64,000 bases of DNA from Deinococcus sp. (GCA_965261005.1 OZ253375.1:1088001-1152000), one strand, 5' to 3'. Numbered from the stretch's first letter, positions 43,644 through 55,119 are shown. The notes: generated from the letters alone by a model not told the origin. Program-made: numbers and translations.

Positions 43644-43796
43644 GTGTCCTCCGGGCGTTTCGTTAGGATGTGGTCGCCCCGCTTGCCTCGCCAAATCAGT
43701 TCCCGAGCTGGCGCAAAGCGCGCCCGCCGCGACGCTCCAGCACGGCGGGACAAGGGCGTGGGCGCCCAAAAAAGGAGTATAGCACGCGGGACCGGC

Positions 43797-44933
43797 CTAC
43801 TTCACTCTGCTGAGGGCGTCCTGGGCTGTCTTGAGGGCGGGGTTGAGGGCGACCGCCTGGGTATAGGCGTCGCGGGCGGCCAACTTGTCGCCGCCCGCTT
43901 CCTGGGCGCGGCCCAGCCAGTAAAAGTAGTCGGCGTTGCCCGAGGCGAGGGCGGCCGCCTTGGTGAAGTCGGCCCTGGCCGCCGCCAGCGTGCCGGCGTC
44001 GAACTCCAAGCGGCCCAGGTAAAAGTAAAACTCCGGGTAGCGCAGCGGGTCGAGCTTGAGCGCCTGCGACAGCTTGATGCGCGCGAGGGCCGCGTTGCCG
44101 GTCAGGTAGCCGTACACGCCGTATTGGCCCACCACGTAGGCGTTGTCGGGCGCGATACGCTCGGCCTGCGCGAGTTCGAGCTTGGCGTCGTCGGGCCGGT
44201 TCATTTGCAGCAGCAGGCGGCCGTAGTAGGCCCGCGACTGCGCGTCGGTCGGGTCGGCGATCACGGCCTTTTGCATGGTCGCCAGGGCCAGCGGCAGGTT
44301 GCCGCTCGCGAAGTACAAGTCGCCCAAGTTGTACAAAATCACCGAGTCGTCCGGATTGAGCTGAGCGGCCTTTTGCGAGGTGGCGATGGCGCTCTTGTAG
44401 TCGCCCTTCAGCTTATAGATGATCGAGCGCTCGTTGAACAGCACGGCCGAGGTCGGGTCCACCGCCGCGCCGTCCTCCAGCGCCCTTAAGGCGAGGTCGA
44501 GGTTGCCCGCCACGGCGGCGCGGTCGCTCACGCCGACGTACTGCGCCACGTACGCCTGCGCGAGGGCAACGTACCCGCTCAGGTTGCGGCTGTCCAGAGC
44601 GAGCAGCTGTTGCAACGTCTCGACGGCCGGTCCATACAGCCGCAGCCGCGTTTGCGACCGCCCGAGGCCCAGCAGCGCGTCGAGGGAACGCGGGTCACTT
44701 TCGGTCGCCGCGCGAAAGGCGACGTAGGCCGAATCGTACTGACCCTTGCCGTAATACGCGTTGCCCAGCGCGATATAGCTCGCCGCGCTGTACAGCGGGC
44801 GGGGCGTCGGCGCGGCAGGAGCAGGCTGGACAGGCGTGGTCTGAGCTGGCGTGGTCTGGGCTTGGCCCACGGCGCCAAAGGCGAGAACGGCGACGGCGCC
44901 CAGGGACAAGCCAAACGGCGGTACAGGTTTCAT
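43797..44933 (-). CDS. Secreted tetratricopeptide-repeat protein
   Basis: Signal peptide, then repeated ...LG..Y...G....A...F..A...DP units; GGAGG RBS. Confidence 0.85.
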   Translation of the reverse strand: MKPVPPFGLSLGAVAVLAFGAVGQAQTTPAQTTPVQPAPAAPTPRPLYSAASYIALGNAYYGKGQYDSAYVAFRAATESDPRSLDALLGLGRSQTRLRLYGPAVETLQQLLALDSRNLSGYVALAQAYVAQYVGVSDRAAVAGNLDLALRALEDGAAVDPTSAVLFNERSIIYKLKGDYKSAIATSQKAAQLNPDDSVILYNLGDLYFASGNLPLALATMQKAVIADPTDAQSRAYYGRLLLQMNRPDDAKLELAQAERIAPDNAYVVGQYGVYGYLTGNAALARIKLSQALKLDPLRYPEFYFYLGRLEFDAGTLAAARADFTKAAALASGNADYFYWLGRAQEAGGDKLAARDAYTQAVALNPALKTAQDALSRVK

Positions 44934-45653
44934 AGCAAAGCCTCCACAACTTGGCCGGCGCCAACAGACCCAAAAAAACGCCGAGCACAGCGCCCAGCGC
45001 AACCTTGAGTCATGGCTTCGACTATAAAACGGGTTACAAACTCGGACGTGAGGAATGGGTGAGAAGAAGCCTTCCGCTCGCCGGCGGCGCTACACTTGCG
45101 AGGTGTCAGACGTGCACCGGCTCGGCTTGACCGGCTCCATCGGGGCGGGCAAAAGCACCGTCGCCGGGTTGCTGCGGGCGCGCGGCTTCACGGTGCTCGA
45201 CGCCGACGCCGTGGCGCGCGAGGTGTCCGCCTGGCCCGGGGTGCGGCGCGACGTGGCCGAGCAGCTCGGGCCGCAGTTCCTGGGCGTAGACGGACTTGAC
45301 CGGCCCGCCCTCGCGGCGCTGGTCTTCGCCAATCCCGCCAAGCTGGAGCTTCTCAACGGCATCGTTCATCCCCGCGTGCGGGCACGCATGGCCGAGCTGG
45401 AGCGCGCGGCGCGGGGACGCTGGGTGGTGCAGGACGTTCCGCTGCTGTTCGAGAACAATCTGGACGCCAAGATGAACGCCACCCTGCTGGTGGACGCGCC
45501 CCTGGAGACCCGCCTGAAGCGCGTGGTGGCGCGCGGCGGCCTCACGCGCGAGCAGGCGCTGGCCCGCGACGCGGCGCAATTGCCCGCCGAGGAAAAACGC
45601 CGCCGCGCCAGCTATACCCTCGACAACTCGGGGGGCCGCACCGCGCTCGAAGG

Positions 45654-47345
<1,692 letters not shown>

Positions 47346-47384
47346 GCCCCTCCCCCGGCCGAGCGCCCCGGCTATAGACGGTCC

Positions 47385-47430
47385 AAAAAGAAATCCGAAG
47401 GCGCTCGGCCCTCGGGATTTCAGAATAGCA
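47385..47430 (-). promoter_or_regulatory. pyrG leader: extended -10 directly followed by a terminator-like hairpin
   Basis: TGcTATTCT-GAAATC-CCGAGGGC-CGAGC-GCCTTCGG-ATTTCTTTTT. Confidence 0.6.
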
Positions 47431-47443
47431 CGCTTCGCCGGAA

Positions 47444-48361
47444 CTACTGGATAGGCAGGTTGCGCGGCGCCACGGCGAAGCTGAGGACAGGTGTCTGCAC
47501 CGCCCCACCGCCCGACGCGGCGTACCCCTGCAAGGTGAAGGTGGCGCGCGTCACGGAATTTCGGTAGTCGGGGTTGGTCGGAAGGTCGGCCCTGAGGTTG
47601 GGGTCAGTACAAGACGTCGCAACGATGCTGTTGCCGTCGGCCCTGCGGCAATTGTTCCCCAACCCGTCGTACTTCACCGCAAAGCCGTCTCCTGGCTTGA
47701 TGTAATCCGCCAGCATGTTGCCCGAGACTTTTTGTCCCGAAAAGTCGACGGGCACCTTCGCCGTCGCGCTGGTCAGCGACGTGAAGGCGCGATACGGCAG
47801 AAGCTTGGTGAACTCGAAGATGGTCCAAACCGCGTTGTTGCCAGAGTCATTGGCGGGACGGGCGTTGTTTTCCGCGCCGCTCATCACGTCTCCGCGCAGA
47901 ACCGGGTAATAGGCCATGAAACGGACGCAGCCGTCTTGGTTGGCAGGTGGCGGAACAGGAAAAACAGCCGGTGGCGGTGTGGAAGGCGACTCTACGTTGA
48001 TGTCGCAAGCGTACCCGGATACCTTCGGCGCCTGCACAAAGGCCAGAATGGGCGCGTTCGCTTGGTCCGTGACCCAAGTGCCGTTGCGCTTGACTGGATT
48101 CCTGAAGGTGTAGCCCGCAGCGCCCAGCGTCAGGGTGTAGCCCGGCGGAAAGATGTACATGGCCTTGGCGACCTCGTCGGCCATCAGCTGACCGGCCGTG
48201 CGGGTGTCTTCGAGCAGGTCCGAGCGCGTCACGTATTGGTTGACCGTGCGCCCGCTGCTGCCGATGGCCTGCGCGATAATGCCCAGCACGATCAGGGAAA
48301 TGGCCGCGGCGATCAGCAGCTCGATCAGGGTGAAGCCGGCCTGATTTATGGGACGTCTCAT
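47444..48361 (-). CDS. Type IV minor pilin (PilW-like)
   Basis: QAG/FTLIELLIA prepilin motif; ATGA overlap. Confidence 0.85.
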   Translation of the reverse strand: MRRPINQAGFTLIELLIAAAISLIVLGIIAQAIGSSGRTVNQYVTRSDLLEDTRTAGQLMADEVAKAMYIFPPGYTLTLGAAGYTFRNPVKRNGTWVTDQANAPILAFVQAPKVSGYACDINVESPSTPPPAVFPVPPPANQDGCVRFMAYYPVLRGDVMSGAENNARPANDSGNNAVWTIFEFTKLLPYRAFTSLTSATAKVPVDFSGQKVSGNMLADYIKPGDGFAVKYDGLGNNCRRADGNSIVATSCTDPNLRADLPTNPDYRNSVTRATFTLQGYAASGGGAVQTPVLSFAVAPRNLPIQ

Positions 48362-48867
48362 GGGACGTCCGCTCGTGTGATGACGGTGCTCAGGGTGGTC
48401 TCCTTGCCCTGTACGTCGCGCGTGGTGACCGTCATGATACGGCTGGGAAAGTTGCCAAGCTCCGGGTCGCTGATGGGCTGTTGCGAGCAGTTTTTTGTCA
48501 TCGGGCAGCTCGTCACCACGTTTCCTGCTTGGCCGTCCGCCAGATACTTCGTCACCTTGACCGCGTACTGGTAGCCGTCGGGCGCCAGCAAGGGGGGCAG
48601 GACAGCATCCGGGTATGCGGTACAGGTGCCGGACGACGCGGACGCGCCCGCAGCGGGCGCCGCCGCGCAGGCTTGGGACGAGTTCCACAGGGCGCGCACC
48701 GTGTCGGTGTAGGTGCGCGCCCAGTTGATGCCGACCGTCTCCGCCTGCGCCGTTCGCATGGACTGAAGCGAGGTGATGAAGTAGCCCAGCAGCGAGATCG
48801 CCACCGCCACCACCGCCACCGCGATCAGGGCCTCGATGATGCTGTACCCGGCCTGCTTAAGGCGCAT
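48358..48867 (-). CDS. Type IV minor pilin (PilV-like)
   Basis: QAG/YSIIEALIAV; four Cys. Confidence 0.8.
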   Translation of the reverse strand: MRLKQAGYSIIEALIAVAVVAVAISLLGYFITSLQSMRTAQAETVGINWARTYTDTVRALWNSSQACAAAPAAGASASSGTCTAYPDAVLPPLLAPDGYQYAVKVTKYLADGQAGNVVTSCPMTKNCSQQPISDPELGNFPSRIMTVTTRDVQGKETTLSTVITRADVP

Positions 48868-49285
48868 CGCGCACCACCTTTCCGGTCACGCCGAAGACAC
48901 GCACTTGCGCTTCGAGATCAAAGCGGCCCAGCAAAGTGAAGTGCCGGTCATCAGCCACAACACGGCCGTAAGGCGCTTTGTACTTGAATCCAGTTCCACT
49001 AGGAACTTCTTTAATTTTGATGTCGTGGGGTAGCGTTACAGGTATGTCGTTGATACGAAGCTGAAAGTTCGGAGCGGCACCTTTCCAAGAAACCTGTTGG
49101 TCCTGCGAGGTGCGCCGGGACTGGTCGCGCGCACGGTTGAGGGCCTGCACCAGCACTTGCTGGGCGTCGTTGAACTGGGTGCGGGCGATGTAGCGGGTGA
49201 GCGCTGAGAAGCCGATGGCCAGCAGAATCCCTACCACGGCCAGCACCACCAGAATTTCGATCAGGGTAAAGCCGGCGCGTTTCAT
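48857..49285 (-). CDS. Type IV minor pilin (FimT/GspH-like)
   Basis: RAG/FTLIEILVVL, L..AR. Confidence 0.85.
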   Translation of the reverse strand: MKRAGFTLIEILVVLAVVGILLAIGFSALTRYIARTQFNDAQQVLVQALNRARDQSRRTSQDQQVSWKGAAPNFQLRINDIPVTLPHDIKIKEVPSGTGFKYKAPYGRVVADDRHFTLLGRFDLEAQVRVFGVTGKVVRDAP

Positions 49286-51519
49286 TTCTCGTCCAGGCCC
49301 TTCAGGGTGTAGTCCGAGCGGTTCAGCACCAAGACCGAGTTGAGGTTGAGCAGGTTGCGCAGACGCGAATCGTAGTGCAGGCGCAGGCCGGGGTTGTCCG
49401 GGTTCTTGGAGTTGTTCTCCGAGCCGGGAGACAGGATGCCAGTGTCCGCAGCGATGATGGCGCCGTTGACCACGCTGGAACCCTCGATCTGGGACTCCCG
49501 GTGCGTGATGGAGAACATGGCGTTGCTGGAGTACATCAAGCCGTCGAGCTGCAAGGGTTTGTTCTGGTTGCCCTTCGAGTCGGTCGCCTGATTGCCTCTG
49601 GTCTGGGCGGCCTTTTTGAGCTTTTCGCGCTTGGGCGTCTCAATGTTGTCTACCCATAGCTGCTTGAGCTGGCTCTCCGAAATCCAAGGTGTTCCGCCCG
49701 ACGCGTCGGCACTCAGCGAAACGATTTGAGCGGCTGGACGCGCACCCGCAACCAACAAGTCGGCCGGGATGGCGCTGACTTGATTATACCGCTCTGGCTT
49801 TTCTCCATTTCCGTTGTAGTAAAAAACATCGTCGCCATCGCGCATTCTGTAGAAACGCGGCTGGTAGTTGGGGTCCTGCCTCGCCTTGTCCAGCTCTTTT
49901 TTGTTGAAGACGGCGGCTTCGGCGGCCACGAAAGACGGGGCGAAGTCACTCGCACGGATGTTCAGCGGCGTGCCGTCCGGCTTGAAGAGTTTTACGCCCG
50001 CAGTCGTGACTTTGACGGACGGCTCGATGTAGTTGGGATCAGTGATCCGCGTCGTACCCTGAGCGGGCGACATCGGCCTGCCGTTGAGGTTGGCCGTTCT
50101 AGCGGACATGTAGTCGCCCACCGTGATGTTGCCGTTCGCCACCAAGCCGAGTTGGGGCAGGGCGTTTTGACGGGAATAGTCGCAGGTAGAGTTTTGTTGC
50201 GTGTCCGAGCAGTCGTACTCCACATCGCCGACCACGTAAATGTTGCCCTTCGCGATGATCTTGCCGTTGCCCTTGACCTTGCCGTGAATGACCACGTCAC
50301 CGTTGACGTACAAGGTGCCGTTGATGCTGAGGGGCGAGGCGTCCGTTCCGCTGAGCACGACGTTGCCGTCCACGCCGTCCGCGCTGCTGCCAGAGTTGAG
50401 GCCCGTCTGAGGGGGCGTGGTCGCGTCATAGCCCGCCATCTTGCCCACCAGCTGAATGCTTCCGCCGGAAAGCGAACCGCCCGTATCATTTTTGACGGTG
50501 GCTTGCCATTCCGCGAGAGAGGTGATTTTGTTGCCGTCCGTGTCTACGAGGGGCGACGGAAACGTTGGGGGAATGTTGCCGTCTACGCCGCCACTTTGCG
50601 GATAGTTCCGGTAAAAGTTGGCGTTGGCAGCGCAGGGGCGAGTTAAAGACGCGCAGTCTTGGGTCGCGTCAAGATCACTTTTGGTCGTTCCCACGTGCCC
50701 GGTGTCATCCACGTCGTACGTTTTTACATCCACGCTTTGGGGGGAGACGACATCATGATTTCCATCACAATAGGTGTTGCCAACAAACTGATCACATTTG
50801 AACAGCTTACGCGTGTAGAGCGTCCCGCCGATGAACGTGTCCGCCGAATGGTCGCTGGAAGTGCCCGTGCGAACATCCAGGTTCTCCAAGCTGGCGACCT
50901 TAATGCGCTGCAAGCGCTCCACGCGATTCTTATCTCCATACGCGTCGGCCATGCTGGTAATTTTGGTGTGGCAGAAGATGCAGTTGACGTTGTTGGACAG
51001 CAGGGCGAAGTCGAGGCCGGTAAACAGCGCCCCGCCGATGGTCAAGGTTTGGTTGAGCACGCGCGTCGTGCCGTCGGGCAGCGTCCCCGTCGAGGTGACC
51101 TTGAGCTGCGTTTGGACGCCTGACAGAGAGCCGGGCAGGTTGTTCGCCGCCAGCGGCGTGAAGTCCTCGCGCTTCACCTCGACCGAGTACTTGCCGGCGG
51201 TGCCGTCGGGCATGGACACGTCGGTATACGCGCTCTTTTGTTGGTCGCGCAACCTGCCGTCCAACTTGTCCCGGTATTGCTGCAAGTTGCGCTGCGCGGT
51301 GGGCACTTGAACGAGCACGTCGTACCAGTAGTCACGCACCACGCGCTCCACGCCGGCCTCTGCCACGTACTGCGCCTGGGTGGTGCGCACCAAGTCATTG
51401 GAGAGCCGCCGGTTGGTGGTCGCCAAAAAGAGCGCTGTTCCCACCAAAACGCCGACAATCACCACAAAGGAAATCGCCGCGACGAGAGCGAATCCAGCTT
51501 GTTTTTTCACATTTCCCAT
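49282..51519 (-). CDS. Large PilX/ComZ-like pilus tip protein
   Basis: QAG/FALVA without Glu5, A.YVAEAG, then GTLYVNGDV.I.G beta-solenoid-like repeats. Confidence 0.75.
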   Translation of the reverse strand: MGNVKKQAGFALVAAISFVVIVGVLVGTALFLATTNRRLSNDLVRTTQAQYVAEAGVERVVRDYWYDVLVQVPTAQRNLQQYRDKLDGRLRDQQKSAYTDVSMPDGTAGKYSVEVKREDFTPLAANNLPGSLSGVQTQLKVTSTGTLPDGTTRVLNQTLTIGGALFTGLDFALLSNNVNCIFCHTKITSMADAYGDKNRVERLQRIKVASLENLDVRTGTSSDHSADTFIGGTLYTRKLFKCDQFVGNTYCDGNHDVVSPQSVDVKTYDVDDTGHVGTTKSDLDATQDCASLTRPCAANANFYRNYPQSGGVDGNIPPTFPSPLVDTDGNKITSLAEWQATVKNDTGGSLSGGSIQLVGKMAGYDATTPPQTGLNSGSSADGVDGNVVLSGTDASPLSINGTLYVNGDVVIHGKVKGNGKIIAKGNIYVVGDVEYDCSDTQQNSTCDYSRQNALPQLGLVANGNITVGDYMSARTANLNGRPMSPAQGTTRITDPNYIEPSVKVTTAGVKLFKPDGTPLNIRASDFAPSFVAAEAAVFNKKELDKARQDPNYQPRFYRMRDGDDVFYYNGNGEKPERYNQVSAIPADLLVAGARPAAQIVSLSADASGGTPWISESQLKQLWVDNIETPKREKLKKAAQTRGNQATDSKGNQNKPLQLDGLMYSSNAMFSITHRESQIEGSSVVNGAIIAADTGILSPGSENNSKNPDNPGLRLHYDSRLRNLLNLNSVLVLNRSDYTLKGLDEK

Positions 51520-51753
51520 ATATCCCAGTGTGCTCGACCGCCAAGGCGAGGCCCACCCCCAAATGGGGGTATTCGGGCGAGCCAGGGTTTGCTCGCAGAG
51601 GATGAGCGGCGCTTCATCCTCATGTCAGTGAAGCCACGCCTGACGAGGACGACCACATCCCATCGCCGCAATAGATTCCGGTCGGATGGGTGTTGACGAC
51701 TTAAACTTACGATTGTACATACTGCTCCTCGGACCGAGGGGCGGTTCTCGCTG

Positions 51754-52040
51754 ATGGACTTCGACTGGGCCAAGCCTAGAAATACAGTGCCAACCTGGAC
51801 CATATCGCCCGCCACAAGGTCGAGCCGGACGAGGCGGAAGAGGCCGTCGGCGATCCCGCAGCCCTTCAAACGCTCTCTCATCGGGGTCCCCTCGGACAGC
51901 GGCGTTACGGCATTATCGGGGCCACCGAAGCGGGCCGTGTTCTTACCCTCTTTTACGAGTTGCGGGCTGGGCGAGTTCGCGTTGTCACCGTCCGCGCCGC
52001 CACGCCCGAGGAACGCACGCGCTATTACAACGAGGAGTGA
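51754..52040 (+). pseudogene. Decayed BrnT-family toxin copy
   Basis: Aligns with 55181..55453 but has indels and frameshifts. Confidence 0.8.
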
Positions 52041-52045
52041 ACGCC

Positions 52046-52292
52046 ATGACCGAACTAGACTTGTCCCCCGTCAACTCTGAGGCCGAGATTCCCGAGTTCG
52101 CCACCGAAGAAGAATTCATCGCGTTCTGGCAGACGCACAGCATCGGCCCTGACCTGATTGAAGCGGGATAAAATGACCCGGAAGCGCAGGCGCTCCTCAA
52201 CCGCATCGCCCCCCGCACCACGCCCCGGCAACCGCGCCAGCCCAAGGCCACGCACGTCATCACCCTGCGCCTAGACGAGGACATGCAGACCC
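52046..52292 (+). pseudogene. Decayed antitoxin copy
   Basis: In-frame TAA at 52169; 3' part near-identical to about 55588-55704; cut by IS5. Confidence 0.8.
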
Positions 52293-52294
52293 TA

Positions 52295-53169
52295 GAGGAT
52301 GCCAAGGAGCCTTTGCAACTTTAGGTAGTGAGTTGAGCTGAGAGCAGAAGGCAAAAGGCGAGGGTGTAGAAGCCGAGCAGCATCTGGGGCAAGCGTTTCA
52401 GATCACGTCCCAGCCGTCTGAAGCGCGATAGCCATGCAAAGCTCCGTTCCACCACCCAGCGCTTGGGTAGCAAAACAAACCCCTTCGTTGCCTCCGGCCG
52501 CCCCACCACGATCAGCTCTACCCCCCGTCCGCCGCGTCCTGCGCCGTCTGTTCTCCAGTGTCCCCTTGATCGGCAAAGGCCACCTCGACCTTGACTCCGG
52601 TGACTTCCTGCACCTGCACGCACAGCGCATGGACTTGGGCACGGTCTTGCTCATTCGCCGGCGTACTCATCAAGGTCAGCAGGTGGCCGAGCGTATCCAC
52701 GACGATGTGAACCTTGGTCCCTTTGCGCTTCTTGCCACCGTCGTAGCCGGCTCTGCTGCCGCTTTCCGGTGTGCTGTGCAGGTTGCGCGAATCGAGGATG
52801 ACCGCCGTCGGCTCTGCGCCTCGGGCTTGCTGGACGCGGGAGAAGATACGGAGGTCGTGCAGCATGTTCTCAAAGCAGCCTGCCTCGAACCATCGTTGCG
52901 CCTGCTGCCTCACCGTCTCGCCAGGGGGCAGGTCGTGGGGGAGGGAGCGCCATTGGACGCCGGTACGGACGACGTAAAATAGGGCGTTGAGGACATCGCG
53001 CAGGGCATAGGTTCGTTGTGGGGCGTCTTCGGGGGACAGCAGCAGGTAAGGGAGCATGAAGTGGCAGGTCTCGTTGTCGAGGTCAGAGGGGTAGGTGCGC
53101 CGGGTCATCCCTCATTCTGCTTCACACAGAGTTGTACTCCCGCACTTCAAGCACCACCCAGGCACCCTC
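52295..53169 (-). mobile_element. IS5-family element with frameshifted transposase
   Basis: Ends GAGG(A/G)TGCC within CTAG sites; YPSDL, TGVQWR.LP.DLP, KRKGTK.H, RWVVER.F; frameshift in a G6 run near 52525. Confidence 0.85.
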
Positions 53170-53399
53170 TAGGGAGACCCAATTTTTCGGCGCCGTTGAC
53201 ACTGCGGTTCAGCCGATAGGAAATTGAAGTTGTCCGGTACTGAAGTTAAGGTCTAAAACCCTAACCTGACAGAGGCCGCCAGGAAGTCGACACTGGTCTA
53301 CAGGGCACCTCAGGACCGCCAGAAGTTACAATATGTCCCGCCCGTCACACCGCAGAGCAAAGCAAAATTTGACAGCCAGACCGTGGCATTGAGCAGAAA

Positions 53400-54023
53400 T
53401 CAGCCAGCAAATTGCTTCATGGCCCCATTGACCTGGGCCGCCATGTGCAGCGTGATCAGCAGTTGATTGCTGAGATGGGTCCCGATGACCACGTCGTGAA
53501 CCAGCAGTGCGCGGCTGCCCTGCGTTCGTGTCAGACCGAGTTCTCCCTGTGCCACTTGCTCTGCCGCTGCGAGCCAGGGCGCCAGCCCGTTCGGGTCTGT
53601 CGGAGCCTGTCCCCGCTTCAGAATGCCCAGCAGATGCGCCAGCTGTCCAAAGACTGGGGAGCGTTCCGGCACCCTCCAGTCCAGCGCTGTCAGCAATTGG
53701 GCCGCCAGTTCACGCTCCTGAGCGGTGATTTCGCGTGTGGTCAGCACGGAGGAGTGGCCCATTGCCATCAGTTGCGCAATGGGCACGGTCTCGTCATCAG
53801 CGGCATCAAGCAACCGCTTGATGCTGGAAATCGGAAGCTGGGCCGTGTCCCGCAGATTGCGGATGATTTCCAGCCGTTCGACGTGATGCTCGGTGTAGTC
53901 GGCGTCGCGTGGCCCGGTGGAATGGCCCGCAGGCAGCATCCCCTCGCGCAGATAGTACTTGATGCTGGTGGTGCTGACCCCGCTGGTTCTGGAGAGTTCG
54001 GACATCTTCATGGCTGTTGACAT
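53400..54023 (-). CDS. MerR-family transcriptional regulator
   Basis: MSELS..SGVS...IKYYLREG.L, Y...H..RL..I..L. Confidence 0.9.
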   Translation of the reverse strand: MSTAMKMSELSRTSGVSTTSIKYYLREGMLPAGHSTGPRDADYTEHHVERLEIIRNLRDTAQLPISSIKRLLDAADDETVPIAQLMAMGHSSVLTTREITAQERELAAQLLTALDWRVPERSPVFGQLAHLLGILKRGQAPTDPNGLAPWLAAAEQVAQGELGLTRTQGSRALLVHDVVIGTHLSNQLLITLHMAAQVNGAMKQFAG

Positions 54024-54047
54024 CCTGCATTAGATAGTACTACTATC
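54017..54047. promoter_or_regulatory. Divergent promoter with palindrome GATAGTA-C-TACTATC
   Basis: TTGACA-N18-TACTAT ending 7 nt before ATG 54054; the palindrome gives TACTAT on both strands. Confidence 0.75.
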
Positions 54048-54053
54048 CATTAT

Positions 54054-54854
54054 ATGAACAGTATGAATGCCCCGCACTTCTCGTCCCAGTCACATGGTTT
54101 TGGTACGCGTCACCCGTACTGGGCCATCGTCCTGACCACGCTGGTGCTGGCCGTTCTGCTGGGCGCAGCGGGGACAGCCCTATACCTGATGGGTTCGCAA
54201 CCTGGTGCGGCAGGCGTTGTCCAGCAGGTGCAGCCAGTCATGCTGGTCTATCCATTCTTCGCCGTCTGGCTGGCCGTGATGTTTTTTGCCCGGCGGCAGT
54301 GGCAAGGTGTTTCACCCCGTCCGTTGCCTCAGTTTAAGGTGGCGCAGTGGAGCCTGTTTCTGGTGCCATTGCTGGTGGTCATCATCAACCTGTTCAGCCA
54401 GCATCCTGCTCTGCCACAGAGCATGGGCCACCTCTTTTTCCTGCTCGCTCTGGCTGGACTGGTGGGCTTCGTCGAGGAAGGGCTGTACCGCGGCCTGTTC
54501 ATGCAATGGTTGCTGCCCCGTGGCCTGGTGACGGCAGTGCTGGTGTCGTCGGTAGCCTTCGCCTTGACCCACGCCCTGAACCTGCTGGGCGGCCAGAGTG
54601 TGAGCGCGACGGCCCTGCAGATCGTGTTCGCGCTGCTGTTCGGCGTCGTGGCCGCCATGTTACGTCGACGGTCTGGTTCGCTGCTACCCCTGATGCTGTG
54701 GCACGCCGCTTTTGACCTGGTCAGCTTTCTGGGCACGGCAAAGCACGAGAATCTGGGGCTGCTGGCCTTGAACATCGCGGTTCTGGCGCTCTACGCCGTC
54801 TGGTTGACCGTGGGACACCCCGGAGTGCGTCCACCGTGCTCCGGGTCAGGTTGA
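54054..54854 (+). CDS. CPBP (CAAX/Abi) intramembrane metalloprotease
   Basis: EE..YRG, F...H, H...D motifs; many TMs. Confidence 0.9.
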   Translation: MNSMNAPHFSSQSHGFGTRHPYWAIVLTTLVLAVLLGAAGTALYLMGSQPGAAGVVQQVQPVMLVYPFFAVWLAVMFFARRQWQGVSPRPLPQFKVAQWSLFLVPLLVVIINLFSQHPALPQSMGHLFFLLALAGLVGFVEEGLYRGLFMQWLLPRGLVTAVLVSSVAFALTHALNLLGGQSVSATALQIVFALLFGVVAAMLRRRSGSLLPLMLWHAAFDLVSFLGTAKHENLGLLALNIAVLALYAVWLTVGHPGVRPPCSGSG

Positions 54855-54894
54855 GTCCTCGTATGCCGGGTGATGCCAGACCTGGAACCAGAAC

Positions 54895-55119
54895 CTGCTG
54901 TTCGGCGAGGCGCATAGCCAGGTGATCGTGGCCGTGCCGTTCGAGAAAGAGAATGAGGCGCGGAAGCTGCTGGACGACATGGACGTACCCTTTGCCGCGT
55001 TGGGGGAGAGTTCGGACGGGGAGAGCGTCGTTATCTCGCTTCCGGGGGCGGATGTTGAGCTGGACCTCGAAACGTTGACGGCCGCCTACACCGCGCCGTT
55101 GCGGGAGATTCTGGGGTGA
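54895..55119 (+). pseudogene. purL: 3' fragment of purL (FGAM synthase II)
   Basis: LLFGEAHS.VIVAV...VPFAALGE...L..AY..PL.EILG matches the PurL C-terminus as I recall it; purF lies 2.5 kb downstream. Confidence 0.75.

Noticed and set aside
51598..51621. Hairpin GAGGATGA...TCATCCTC upstream of the pilin cassette
   Set aside because: No U-tract and no second copy; cannot assign a role
52500..52540. Programmed frameshift in the IS5 transposase
   Set aside because: The break is in a G6 run late in the gene with no A-rich slippery motif; a 1-bp deletion is the simpler reading
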